This document shows, piece after piece, positions 9,278-18,907 of a stretch of DNA of 45,320 bases. This DNA comes from an uncultured Dyadobacter sp. (GTDB lineage Bacteria > Bacteroidota > Bacteroidia > Cytophagales > Spirosomataceae), in the NCBI GenBank assembly GCA_966211825.1, contig CBIHPQ010000001.1, forward strand, positions 1-45,320, read 5' to 3'. The notes under the pieces were generated by a model, which had not been told where the DNA came from, did not search any database, and saw only the letters and a program-made list of their open reading frames with translations. Every line of letters starts with the position of its first letter. Positions within the stretch are counted from its first letter, which is position 1. A program made the position numbers and the translations under genes.

Positions 9278-11089
9278 ATGTCTGAATTCAATTATAAAGA
9301 AGAACTCGTCAAAATTCCTCTCGATCCCGGCGTATACCGGTATTTCGATGAAACCGGCGAGGTAATATATGTGGGGAAAGCCAAAAGCCTGCGCAACCGG
9401 GTTTCGAGCTATTTTTTGAAAAACAATCAACACGACCGTAAAACCAGACGGCTCGTGAGCCAGATCCGGCGGATCGAATATACCATCGTTTTGAGTGAAT
9501 GGGACGCATTGCTGCTGGAAAACCAGCTGATCAAGCAGTTGCAGCCAAAATTCAATATCCTGCTCAAAGACGATAAAACCTACCCATTCATTTGCGTAAC
9601 CGACGAGCCATTTCCGCGTGTGTTCCCGACCCGGAATATGGACCGCACGAAAGGTACTTTTTACGGCCCGTTTGCCAATTTGCGCTCGATGCACACTTTG
9701 CTGGACATGTTCAAGACTTTGTACCAGATCCGCTCCTGCCAGTTGCCGCTTACGAAATCGAATATCGAGGCCAGGAAATTCAAAGTTTGTTTGGAATACC
9801 ACATTGGAAACTGCAAAGGCCCATGCGAAGGCTTGCAGAGTGAAAATGAGTACAATGCGGAGATCGAACAGGTGCATAACATCCTGAAAGGCAATTTGTC
9901 GTCGCCCCAGCAGTATTTCAAAGAGAAAATGCTGGAAGCGGCCGAGCAAATGGCGTTTGAAAAAGCGCACGCCTGGAAAACGAAGATCGAGCATTTGTCA
10001 AACTTCCAGAGTAAGGCCACGGTAATTAACCCCCGCATCGGTAATATCGATGTGCTCACCATTCTTTCCGACGAGGAGGCTGCCTACCTGAATTTTATGA
10101 AAATAAAACAGGGCTATATGGTGGCTACCCAGACCCTGGAAGTGAAGAAAAAGCTCGATGAAAGCGATCTGGAAATCCTTGCAATGATGATCGTCGAAAT
10201 GCGGTCGACATATGGTTCGGAGGCGAAAGAGCTTATTTCTAATCTGAAACCGGACCTCGATATGCGACTCGAAGTAACCGTTCCGCAGATAGGCGACAAA
10301 AAGAAGCTGCTGGATATGTCGATGAAAAATGTGATGTATTTCAGAAGGGAAAGGGCGGAACGCCGGGAGGTAGAGGCATCGGCCACGACATCCAAAAAAG
10401 ACCGTGTGCTGATCCGTCTCAAAGCCGATTTGCAGATTAAAACGCTCCCAAGGCACATCGAATGCTTCGATAACTCCAACATCCAGGGTACCAACCCGGT
10501 GGCGTCGATGGTTTGCTTCAAGGACGGAAAACCGTCGAAAAAGGATTACCGCCATTTTAATATCAAAACCGTAATTGGCCCCAACGACTTCGCTTCGATG
10601 AACGAGATCGTCAGCCGCCGCTATCTCAGGCTGATCGCCGAAGAACAGCCGCTACCCGATCTGATCGTCGTCGACGGTGGTAAGGGGCAGCTCGGTGCGG
10701 CTTGCGATGCGCTGAAAAGCCTTGGTATTTACGGACAAGTGCCCATTATTGGCATTGCCAAAAGGCTGGAAGAAATCTATTTTCCGGAAGATTCGCTGCC
10801 ACTTTATATCGACAAAAGGTCGGAGTCACTAAAATTAATCCAGCAGATCCGTGACGAAGCACACCGGTTTGCCATCACATTCCACCGTGACAAGCGCAGC
10901 AAAGCGAGCCTGGTAAGCGAGCTGGAAGGCGTAGCAGGCGTTGGAAAAGTGACGGCTACCAAGCTGCTGAAACACTTCGGCTCGGTACGCGGCATTCGGG
11001 AAAGCTCGCTGGAAACATTGACAGAGCTTATCGGCCTCGACAGGGCGAAAAAAGTGCGCGCGTATTTCGATACGATAGCCGGGAATTAA
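9278..11089 (+). CDS. uvrC: Excinuclease ABC subunit C
   Basis: GIY-YIG N-terminus (PGVY…YVGKAKSLRNRV), IECFDNSNIQG, DGGKGQ, RDEAHRFA, C-terminal HhH. Confidence 0.98.
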   Translation: MSEFNYKEELVKIPLDPGVYRYFDETGEVIYVGKAKSLRNRVSSYFLKNNQHDRKTRRLVSQIRRIEYTIVLSEWDALLLENQLIKQLQPKFNILLKDDKTYPFICVTDEPFPRVFPTRNMDRTKGTFYGPFANLRSMHTLLDMFKTLYQIRSCQLPLTKSNIEARKFKVCLEYHIGNCKGPCEGLQSENEYNAEIEQVHNILKGNLSSPQQYFKEKMLEAAEQMAFEKAHAWKTKIEHLSNFQSKATVINPRIGNIDVLTILSDEEAAYLNFMKIKQGYMVATQTLEVKKKLDESDLEILAMMIVEMRSTYGSEAKELISNLKPDLDMRLEVTVPQIGDKKKLLDMSMKNVMYFRRERAERREVEASATTSKKDRVLIRLKADLQIKTLPRHIECFDNSNIQGTNPVASMVCFKDGKPSKKDYRHFNIKTVIGPNDFASMNEIVSRRYLRLIAEEQPLPDLIVVDGGKGQLGAACDALKSLGIYGQVPIIGIAKRLEEIYFPEDSLPLYIDKRSESLKLIQQIRDEAHRFAITFHRDKRSKASLVSELEGVAGVGKVTATKLLKHFGSVRGIRESSLETLTELIGLDRAKKVRAYFDTIAGN

Positions 11090-12300
11090 AGACCGATATT
11101 TTTTCCGACGACATAACCGGTTGTCCAGGCATTCTGGAAATTGAAGCCGCCAGTGATGCCGTCCACATCCATTACCTCTCCGGCAAAGAAAAGTCCCGGA
11201 ACCGAGCGGCTTTGCAGCGTCTCGGGGTCGATGTCCGACAATGCTATGCCTCCGCAGGTCACAAATTCCTCTTTGAATGTGGTTTTGCCTTTTACTTCGA
11301 ACTGGCTGTTGGTCAGCAGCTCCGTCATCCGGTTCAGGACTTTATGGCTGGCGTCGCCCCAGCGTAATGTTTCAGCGACCTCCGCTTTTTCGGTAAATGC
11401 CTTCCAAAGGCGTGAGGGCAATCCGAACCGGGCGTGCGAACCGATTTGCTGTTTAGCTGTGTTGGTTTTTTCGGCAAGCAAAAAGTCGCGCACTTCCTGC
11501 TCCTTCATGTCAGGCAGCCAGTTGATCCGGCAGGTGAAATGGTAGTCATTTTCGGCAAGGTCACGGGCACCCCAGGCCGAGAGTTTGAGCACAGCCGGCC
11601 CGCTGAAACCCCAATGGGTGATCAGCACCGGCCCCCGCCATTCGTGTTTGGAACCCATTATTTTAACCAATGCATCTTTAACAGAAACACCAGCCAGCGG
11701 CAGCAAATAGTTATCAGGTGTATTGAAAGTAAATAATGAAGGCAGCGGTGTGACAATGCTATGCCGATGTTCTTCCAACCAATCGAAGCTATCCACTCTG
11801 GGATATCCGCCGGTTGCAATCAGTAGCCGGTCGGTTGAGATTGGCTCCCCATTGGTAATTTCAAGGTTGAACTTGTCAGCCTTTTTTTCAAAAGAGCCCA
11901 CATTGATACTCGTCCTGATCTCTATTCCCAGGTTCCGGGCCGTTTTGGTGAGGCATTCGGTAATGGTATGCGACGAATCCGACACGGGAAACATCCGGCC
12001 ATCCGCTTCGGTCTTTAACTTAACCCCTCTTTTTTCAAACCATTCGACGGTAGAATCCGCGTCGAAGTGCGTCATGAGCTTGCGCATGAGCTTTTCTCCT
12101 CTCGGGTAATTCTTAATGAAATGCCGCAGCTCGTGAGGCCTGTGGGTTACATTGCACCGCCCCCCGCCCGAAACGCGGACTTTGTTAAGGACCGTCCTGC
12201 TCTTTTCAAGAATGGTTACCTGCGCGTCCGGAAACGTCTCCGCTGCCGTAATCGCCGCCATAAATCCCGAAGCCCCGCCTCCCGCAATTGTTATCGTCAT
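11086..12300 (-). CDS. HI0933/BaiN-family NAD(P)/FAD-dependent flavoprotein
   Basis: GGGASG, SGGGRCNVT, ATGG, THWGFSGP, GGFNFQNAW. Confidence 0.92.
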   Translation of the reverse strand: MTITIAGGGASGFMAAITAAETFPDAQVTILEKSRTVLNKVRVSGGGRCNVTHRPHELRHFIKNYPRGEKLMRKLMTHFDADSTVEWFEKRGVKLKTEADGRMFPVSDSSHTITECLTKTARNLGIEIRTSINVGSFEKKADKFNLEITNGEPISTDRLLIATGGYPRVDSFDWLEEHRHSIVTPLPSLFTFNTPDNYLLPLAGVSVKDALVKIMGSKHEWRGPVLITHWGFSGPAVLKLSAWGARDLAENDYHFTCRINWLPDMKEQEVRDFLLAEKTNTAKQQIGSHARFGLPSRLWKAFTEKAEVAETLRWGDASHKVLNRMTELLTNSQFEVKGKTTFKEEFVTCGGIALSDIDPETLQSRSVPGLFFAGEVMDVDGITGGFNFQNAWTTGYVVGKNIGL

Positions 12301-12412
12301 AATGCCTGATTTGTCCTACAAAAATGACATGCTAGTTTTAAAAACTGCAATTTCTTTTTCTATCTTTCAAAATAGCTTCAAAAATTTCAACTAAAACCAT
12401 TTAAAACTATAC

Positions 12413-13468
12413 ATGCAGAAAATACTTGTTATCGGATTGGGAAAAGTGGGCTCGCTGGTCGCGACTTTGCTGAGCAAACGGTTCCATGTAACCGGGGTGG
12501 ATAAGGCCAGGCCGGCCATTCAGTTGCCGTTCGAGGTCGTCGCAGGTGATGTGAACGACGGGGCGGTTCTGGACCAGGTCATGGCAGGATTTGATGCGGT
12601 CGTGTCCTGTATGCCTTACAACCTCAACCTGCCCATTGCGCAACGCGCGCACGAGGCTGGTATTCATTATTTCGATCTCACGGAAGACGTTCCTACAACT
12701 TCCGCCATACGGGAAATGGCGAAAAACAGCCGCGGCGTTCTCGCGCCCCAATGCGGCCTCGCACCGGGTTTTATAGGTATTGTGGGAATGGACCTTGCGA
12801 AACGTTTTACCAAGATCAGGGACATCGAGCTTCGCGTGGGTGCATTACCGCGCTACCCGAACGGGCAGATGGGCTACTCCTTCACCTGGTCGCCCGCGGG
12901 TGTGGTGAACGAATACCTCAATGACGCGGAAGTGATCCACAACGGCGTCCGGAAGATGGTACCATCGCTGGAAGGCATCGAAATGATCAATATCGAAGGT
13001 CAGGAATTTGAGGCATTCAGTACCTCCGGCGGCCTCGGTACTATGTGCGAAACGCTCGAAAGCAAGGTGGATACATTGAATTACAAAACAATCCGCTACC
13101 CGGGCCATTGCAGCCTGATGCGCTTTTTGCTGTATGAACTTTGCCTGAAAGACAAGCGTGCATTGGTGGAGGAAATCCTGACGGAGGCCAAGCCGCCGGT
13201 ACAGCAGGATGTGGTCTATGTATATGCAGTGGTGGAAGGCTGGAAAGGCAGTCATTTGGAAAGGGAGGAGTTTTATCGCGCCTATCATCCCATTGAAATC
13301 GATGGGCAGCATTGGCGGGCCATTTCGTGGACTACCGCAGCTTCCATTGCGTCGGTGGTCGAGATGGTAGCAGACGGCGTTTTGCCCAATAGCGGCTTTA
13401 TCCGGCAGGAAGATATTTTGCTGGATGATTTTTTCAAAACACAAAACGGGCAGTATTTCAACCAGTAG
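12413..13468 (+). CDS. Saccharopine dehydrogenase-family enzyme, probably L-lysine 6-dehydrogenase
   Basis: Rossmann [28 protein letters not shown]; paired with an ALDH7-type gene. Confidence 0.8.
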   Translation: MQKILVIGLGKVGSLVATLLSKRFHVTGVDKARPAIQLPFEVVAGDVNDGAVLDQVMAGFDAVVSCMPYNLNLPIAQRAHEAGIHYFDLTEDVPTTSAIREMAKNSRGVLAPQCGLAPGFIGIVGMDLAKRFTKIRDIELRVGALPRYPNGQMGYSFTWSPAGVVNEYLNDAEVIHNGVRKMVPSLEGIEMINIEGQEFEAFSTSGGLGTMCETLESKVDTLNYKTIRYPGHCSLMRFLLYELCLKDKRALVEEILTEAKPPVQQDVVYVYAVVEGWKGSHLEREEFYRAYHPIEIDGQHWRAISWTTAASIASVVEMVADGVLPNSGFIRQEDILLDDFFKTQNGQYFNQ

Positions 13469-13482
13469 CGGAGGTAAGGATT

Positions 13483-15021
13483 ATGACAGGTATTCATGAT
13501 ATTCTTGAAAAACTGGGAATCGCCGGGACGAATCACGGCATCAGCACCGGGCAATCCGGCTGGGAAGGCGGCGGTGCATTGCTGGAATCGTTTTCGCCGG
13601 TGGATGGTCTTAAAATCAGTGGCGTAAGGCAAGGCGTACGCACGGACTATGACCGTGTAGTCGAAACTGCGGGCCTGGCCTTCAAAACTTGGAGGAGCAT
13701 TCCTGCACCCAAACGCGGCGAAGTTGTGCGGCAAGTGGGGGTAAAGCTCCGCGAATACAAGCAGGAGCTGGGCACGCTGGTCAGTTACGAAATGGGCAAG
13801 AGCTTGCAGGAAGGGCTGGGGGAGGTTCAGGAAATGATCGACATCTGCGATTTCGCGACGGGCCTCTCGCGTCAGCTTTACGGGCTCACCATGCATAGCG
13901 AGCGCCCGCAGCACCGCATGTACGAGCAATGGCATCCGCTGGGCGTGGTGGGCATTATTAGCGCATTCAACTTCCCGGTGGCGGTATGGTCGTGGAATGC
14001 GATGATCGCCTGGGTGTGCGGAAATGTGTGCGTGTGGAAACCTTCGGAAAAAACGCCGCTTACCGCCATTGCCTGCCAGCATATTATCCGGGATGTTTTA
14101 AAGGCAAATGATGTCCCGGAAGGCGTATCCTGCATGGTCGCTGGCGGGCGGGAAGTGGGGGAATGGCTCGCGCAGGATCCGCGGATCGCACTGGTATCGG
14201 CTACCGGCAGCATTCCGATGGGCCGTTCGGTGGGAGAAGCGGTGGCCCGGCGACTCGGGAAGAGCCTGCTCGAACTGGGCGGCAACAATGCAATTATCGT
14301 AACACCGACGGCCGATCTGAAAGTGGCTATCCCGGCGATCGTTTTCGGCGCGGTAGGTACTGCGGGGCAGCGTTGCACGTCCACCCGGCGCCTGATCGTG
14401 CATGAATCCATATTTGACGAAGTAAAAAGCCGTTTGGTAAAAGCTTATGGTCAGTTGAAAATAGGTAACCCGCTCGATTCGGCGAACCATGTAGGCCCGC
14501 TGATTGACCGGCAGGCGGTAGTTCAGTACCAGAATGCCGTGGAGCAGATCAGGCAGGCGGGAGGGACATTTGTGGTGGAGCCCGGCTTGCGGGAAGGCGA
14601 GGGGTATGCATCGGGCTGCTACGTTTCGCCTTGCATTGCGGAGGTGGAGAACCACTGGGCGATTGTCCAGCACGAAACCTTCGCGCCGATCCTGTACCTG
14701 ATCCGTTATAGCGACTCCGACGAGGCCATAGCACTGCAAAACGATGTGCCACAGGGACTTTCGTCCGCGATCTTTACGACCGACCTGCGCGACGCGGAGC
14801 GGTTCCTGTCATTTGCAGGCTCCGATTGCGGCATTGCCAATGTGAATATCGGTACCTCGGGCGCGGAAATCGGGGGAGCGTTTGGTGGCGAGAAAGAAAC
14901 AGGCGGAGGCCGCGAATCGGGCTCGGATGCGTGGAAAGCCTACATGCGCCGGCAAACTAACACCATCAATTACGGCTCTGCATTGCCGTTGGCGCAGGGA
15001 ATAAAGTTTGAGATTGAGTAA
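13483..15021 (+). CDS. ALDH7-family aldehyde dehydrogenase (piperideine-6-carboxylate/aminoadipate semialdehyde dehydrogenase)
   Basis: [47 protein letters not shown]. Confidence 0.9.
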   Translation: MTGIHDILEKLGIAGTNHGISTGQSGWEGGGALLESFSPVDGLKISGVRQGVRTDYDRVVETAGLAFKTWRSIPAPKRGEVVRQVGVKLREYKQELGTLVSYEMGKSLQEGLGEVQEMIDICDFATGLSRQLYGLTMHSERPQHRMYEQWHPLGVVGIISAFNFPVAVWSWNAMIAWVCGNVCVWKPSEKTPLTAIACQHIIRDVLKANDVPEGVSCMVAGGREVGEWLAQDPRIALVSATGSIPMGRSVGEAVARRLGKSLLELGGNNAIIVTPTADLKVAIPAIVFGAVGTAGQRCTSTRRLIVHESIFDEVKSRLVKAYGQLKIGNPLDSANHVGPLIDRQAVVQYQNAVEQIRQAGGTFVVEPGLREGEGYASGCYVSPCIAEVENHWAIVQHETFAPILYLIRYSDSDEAIALQNDVPQGLSSAIFTTDLRDAERFLSFAGSDCGIANVNIGTSGAEIGGAFGGEKETGGGRESGSDAWKAYMRRQTNTINYGSALPLAQGIKFEIE

Positions 15022-15039
15022 TTAAAATTTCTAACTTTG
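15007..15039 (+). promoter_or_regulatory. Bacteroidota primary-sigma promoter for the RRE/B2 cassette
   Basis: TTTG (15007-15010), 21-nt spacer, TAACTTTG (15032-15039); fits the TTTG-N19-21-TAnnTTTG consensus. Confidence 0.7.
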
Positions 15040-15082
15040 TACAAACAGTTTGCACATAATATTTTCAGATTAACTTTTCAGA

Positions 15083-15349
15083 ATGAAATATCAGCTTACA
15101 TCAGAACAGATCTCGTCCAAGGTTGCCGGGGAAACAGTAATCCTCAACCACAGCAAGGGGGCATATTATGGTCTGGATGAAGTGGGCGTTCTGATTTGGG
15201 ACACGCTGGAAAAAGGTCCGCAGACGATTGAATCGTTGTGCGAAGTGGTAACCAGCGAGTATGATGTAGATGCCGACACTTGCAAAGGCGACATCGATGT
15301 GTTGTTGAAGGATTTGATTTCCGAAAAACTGGTTGAAATAATCAAATAG
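15083..15349 (+). CDS. PqqD-family RiPP recognition element (lasso B1-like)
   Basis: ETVILN…YYGLDEVGVLIW…EYDV…L.DL…LV pattern; 88 aa. Confidence 0.9.
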   Translation: MKYQLTSEQISSKVAGETVILNHSKGAYYGLDEVGVLIWDTLEKGPQTIESLCEVVTSEYDVDADTCKGDIDVLLKDLISEKLVEIIK

Positions 15350-15352
15350 ATT

Positions 15353-15793
15353 TTGGGCAAAATCGGTAAGCTGATAAGGAAATGGCGGAGCTTGTCCGGG
15401 CCGGAGAAATGGATTTTCCTGCGGGCCGTCTGGTGCCTGCTGTGGATCAAAGCCGGTCTCCTGTTGCTTCCATTTACTGTGTTCAGAAAATGGTACCACC
15501 GGGTCAGCCGTCCCGGACGTGTTCGGGAGGCGGCGAAAGAAACGATGGAGCGGACCGTATGGGCGGTCGATACCGCCGCCAACCTGCTGCCATTTGAACT
15601 TTTGTGTCTGCCCAGGGCCCTTGCTACCAAATACCTGCTTCGTAATTCACCGGCATTAACCCTGGAAATCGGTATAGAGATCAATCCCGCCAAGCAATTC
15701 GAGGCACATGCCTGGGTGGAGCAAAACGGTAACATAATAATAGGGCGCTGGCCCGACACTGTTTCCTACAAACGGCTCTGGGTTTGGGAATGA
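15353..15793 (+). CDS. Lasso peptide B2-like transglutaminase-fold protease
   Basis: CLPRALA (Cys) … FEAHAWVE (His) motifs. Confidence 0.88.
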   Translation: MGKIGKLIRKWRSLSGPEKWIFLRAVWCLLWIKAGLLLLPFTVFRKWYHRVSRPGRVREAAKETMERTVWAVDTAANLLPFELLCLPRALATKYLLRNSPALTLEIGIEINPAKQFEAHAWVEQNGNIIIGRWPDTVSYKRLWVWE

Positions 15794-15813
15794 TTTAATT
15801 TGAATCGACACAC

Positions 15814-16731
15814 ATGCACCATTACACCGCCTTCGGGCTCCATATCCATTCAGAAATTTCCCTGCCAGAACTAGCCGAAGGCGACCCGCGTTCCGCAACA
15901 GACGTTTACATCCGGAAAGGTGCCATCGCGCTCCCGCCTACGCGCCCGACGATGATTTACAGACGCGGAATCAGAGCGTTTTTCGGAGAGGACGAGCATC
16001 AAGCATTGTATCTGGATTGGGCCGGCATAGCTTCTTTCAGGGCTACCGGAGGTAATGAGCTGGTCGTGTCTCCTGTGGCATCGGAAGCTAATGTGATCAG
16101 CCTCTTCACGGTCAGTGAAGCGTTAGGGCTTATCTTGTTTCAAAAAGGATATTTTCTTCTCCATGCCAGTTCGGTTGCGGTCGGAGACGAGGCCTGGTGC
16201 TTCATGGGTATGCCCGGCGCAGGGAAGTCGAGTACGGCGGCGGCGTTTATCAAGGCAGGTTGCAGGCTCCTGAGCGACGATCTCACTGCCATTACATTGG
16301 ATGACGCGGGAAAGCCGCAGATTGTGCCGGCCTATCCGCAGCTCAAAATCTGGGATAAGACGGTCAGCGGCCTTCATTATGATAAATCGAGCCTCGAACC
16401 GGTCAGCGAAGGTGTCAATAAATTTTCCTATCAGCCCCGCGGGCAGTTTTCGGCCAAAGCAGTTCCTTTAAAAAAGGTTTTCTTCCTGCATAAAGCGCGA
16501 AACAGGCCGGCTGTCCAAACCATGAATGTGGCTGAAATACCGGGTGAAATGTTGCGCAATTTTCCATTGCCGATAGAGCTCCTGAGCGGGGAGAATCTCC
16601 AAAAGCACTTTTTCCAAAGCATTCAATGTGCCAAATCCGCCGAGTTGCTTCGCAAAAGACGGCCGGAAGGGTTTGATAACCTCGAAAAGTGGGTGGAAGC
16701 AAGCGTCCGTGAACAATTAATCGCGGATTAG
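15814..16731 (+). CDS. HPr-kinase-like P-loop kinase (lasso-cluster type)
   Basis: LHASSV, GMPGAGKSS Walker A, LSDD. Confidence 0.85.
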   Translation: MHHYTAFGLHIHSEISLPELAEGDPRSATDVYIRKGAIALPPTRPTMIYRRGIRAFFGEDEHQALYLDWAGIASFRATGGNELVVSPVASEANVISLFTVSEALGLILFQKGYFLLHASSVAVGDEAWCFMGMPGAGKSSTAAAFIKAGCRLLSDDLTAITLDDAGKPQIVPAYPQLKIWDKTVSGLHYDKSSLEPVSEGVNKFSYQPRGQFSAKAVPLKKVFFLHKARNRPAVQTMNVAEIPGEMLRNFPLPIELLSGENLQKHFFQSIQCAKSAELLRKRRPEGFDNLEKWVEASVREQLIAD

Positions 16732-16732
16732 C

Positions 16733-17914
16733 ATGCAGCGCCTCAAAATTTCCCGTGAACTGGCACATTTGATCGAAGCGGCCGTATTACCGTCCGGTCA
16801 TCAGTCTTTTGAAATTGAAAATTCCTCCTTTGATCCGCAAAAGTTTGCGGCGCTGGCTAAATGGCATCAGATCAGGCCGCTCGCATTTGAATATGTGCAG
16901 GAACATGCGCTTGCACTTCCCCATAATGTGCTCCAAACCCTTCGCGATTTCACGCTAGGGCAGGCGGTGACCAACATGGCGTTCCTCGGCATCTGCGTCA
17001 GGTTGTATAACCGGCTGATTGATCATGATGTACGCGTGTTTCCAATGAAAGGCGCAATATGGGCCTGGATGCTCTATGACAAACCTGCCTCACGGGAGTT
17101 TGGGGACATTGATTTTTTTATTGGTAAGGAAGATGTTTCCAAAAGCCTGGACATACTCCTGGGCGAAGGTTTTGCCGCCGATAGCTACCGGCATTATTTG
17201 CTGAAACAGAAGGCCGTCGTCGACGATTACCTCGACACCGACTACCAGCTTCCGCTCACGCCCTTGCAGGAGCATACCTTGCAATCATTGGAAATACAAT
17301 GGAACTGTACTTACCCGCGCTACTGCTACAATTTTACCTGGGCTGAACTGGCAGGCAATCTGGTCGAATTCAAATTGATGGGGAAGGCTGTGCTCGTTCC
17401 TGCGATGGAAATCCAGCTGATTATGATGGTCATCCACCACGGGGGCGTCGAGCAATGGGACAAGCTGAAATATATGGCGGATTTTGTAAGACTGCTCGAC
17501 AAGTCGGCTGAGTCGCTGGATTGGCTTTACATTCATAAGGTGACCGAATCCCGGGGTTTTAACAAACTGCTTCTGGAATCACTGGGTGTGGCGGGTTACT
17601 TCAATGGCCGCGATTATCTCAGCCACGCCGGTGCGTCGGGAAGTTATCCGTCCCAAAGCTTTTTGGGCGATATCCTAACCCACTGGGAGAATGAAAGGCC
17701 ATCGTTGAAGACAAAGACCTGGCGTATTTTTCTTTATAATGTAAAATACCGCGACAAATGGTCGGATAAACTCGATATTGTCGCGGCACACCTGGGTTAT
17801 CTAACCCATTGGAAACTGTTGTGGCACAAGATCAGTTGGTACAGGAATAAGCCGTCAGGTGAGGCGGACCGTGATCGTGCCGTCAATGCTGTGTCCGGGC
17901 GCGAGGATATTTAG
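16733..17914 (+). CDS. Nucleotidyltransferase family protein (NTP_transf_5-like)
   Basis: MKG…LY…REFGDIDF motif; follows the kinase by 1 nt. Confidence 0.82.
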   Translation: MQRLKISRELAHLIEAAVLPSGHQSFEIENSSFDPQKFAALAKWHQIRPLAFEYVQEHALALPHNVLQTLRDFTLGQAVTNMAFLGICVRLYNRLIDHDVRVFPMKGAIWAWMLYDKPASREFGDIDFFIGKEDVSKSLDILLGEGFAADSYRHYLLKQKAVVDDYLDTDYQLPLTPLQEHTLQSLEIQWNCTYPRYCYNFTWAELAGNLVEFKLMGKAVLVPAMEIQLIMMVIHHGGVEQWDKLKYMADFVRLLDKSAESLDWLYIHKVTESRGFNKLLLESLGVAGYFNGRDYLSHAGASGSYPSQSFLGDILTHWENERPSLKTKTWRIFLYNVKYRDKWSDKLDIVAAHLGYLTHWKLLWHKISWYRNKPSGEADRDRAVNAVSGREDI

Positions 17915-18802
17915 GCCTTCGCCGGTATTAAATGCATCTACATTCGCCGTTAATGCCTCAATAGCCACGCAATCGCGTGCAGGCGGCGTGTACACGACAA
18001 GATAGTTGAACTTTCCTTCTCCTGCCTCCTGCTCAATGCGCAGGGTGACGTCTTGGTTTTTCGAGATCAGTTCAGTAACTGCCCGTGGCCCGGTAGCATC
18101 TACAATAAAGCAGTTGTCAAATTCCTTCCGGTGCAGCAATGCGGGCATCGCCATATCGAACGGCTCGGTACCGATCGGGATCAGGTTCTCATTGAAAGTG
18201 ACGAGCCTTTTCGAAGGGATATTGATCTTCCAGGCTTCCACATCCTCATTGCCGAGCACCCAATACGGATGCCAGCCGAACATAGCAGGACAAGGCGATT
18301 GCCCATTGTTTTTAGCCACATATTTCAACTCAAAACGGCCATCCGAATGCAGTGTGTAGCGAACCGAGAAATGCACCTGGAATGGGTAGCCTTCTGCATT
18401 ATCAATTGTGTAGGACAATTGAATGGACGCATTATCCTCGTGGATTACCTGCTCGTCGAGATGGAACTGGTTTTTACGCACCAATCCGTGAATGGCGTTC
18501 AGGCCGCCGTCCTCATTTTTGTGCAGCTGATATTCCTTGCCTAAAAACTTGTATTTCCCTTCCGGAATACGACTGGCGAATGGAAAGAGCAATTCACTGG
18601 CACTTTTGGTGTCTGCCACAAGCGCCGACGGGGTAGGGGGTGTTTTCAGGACGGAAAACAAGGTCAAACCCTTGCGAAGGGATAGCTGGCGGACAATGCC
18701 ACCTAGCTCAGGAATTATGACACAACGGTTTTCAGTGGTTGTTTCATGTATCACATATTCGGTAAGGTCGCCGAACTGCTGCTTGAAAATTTCAAAGGGC
18801 AT
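17855..18802 (-). CDS. Aldose 1-epimerase family protein
   Basis: LFPFASRI, AIHGLV, GWHPYW, FDNCF, VAIE. Confidence 0.88.
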   Translation of the reverse strand: MPFEIFKQQFGDLTEYVIHETTTENRCVIIPELGGIVRQLSLRKGLTLFSVLKTPPTPSALVADTKSASELLFPFASRIPEGKYKFLGKEYQLHKNEDGGLNAIHGLVRKNQFHLDEQVIHEDNASIQLSYTIDNAEGYPFQVHFSVRYTLHSDGRFELKYVAKNNGQSPCPAMFGWHPYWVLGNEDVEAWKINIPSKRLVTFNENLIPIGTEPFDMAMPALLHRKEFDNCFIVDATGPRAVTELISKNQDVTLRIEQEAGEGKFNYLVVYTPPARDCVAIEALTANVDAFNTGEGLNILAPGHSIDGTITVRLT

Positions 18803-18844
18803 GTGCTTTGAAGGTTTAGGGTCAAAAGATTTGCTATATGCTGT

Positions 18845-18880
18845 AAAAATAATAGCCGGACAGGTTGAATTGTCCGGCTA
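18845..18880 (-). terminator. Intrinsic terminator after ftsH
   Basis: TAGCCGGACA (18853-18862) / TGTCCGGCTA (18871-18880) stem with a U-rich tail on the minus strand. Confidence 0.8.
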
Positions 18881-18907
18881 CTAGGTATTTATTCATTCAA
18901 AAGTCGC

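Noticed and set aside
15083..15349. PqqD-like gene as evidence of PQQ biosynthesis
   Set aside because: No pqqA/B/C/E genes; the adjacent B2 protease points to a lasso-type RRE.
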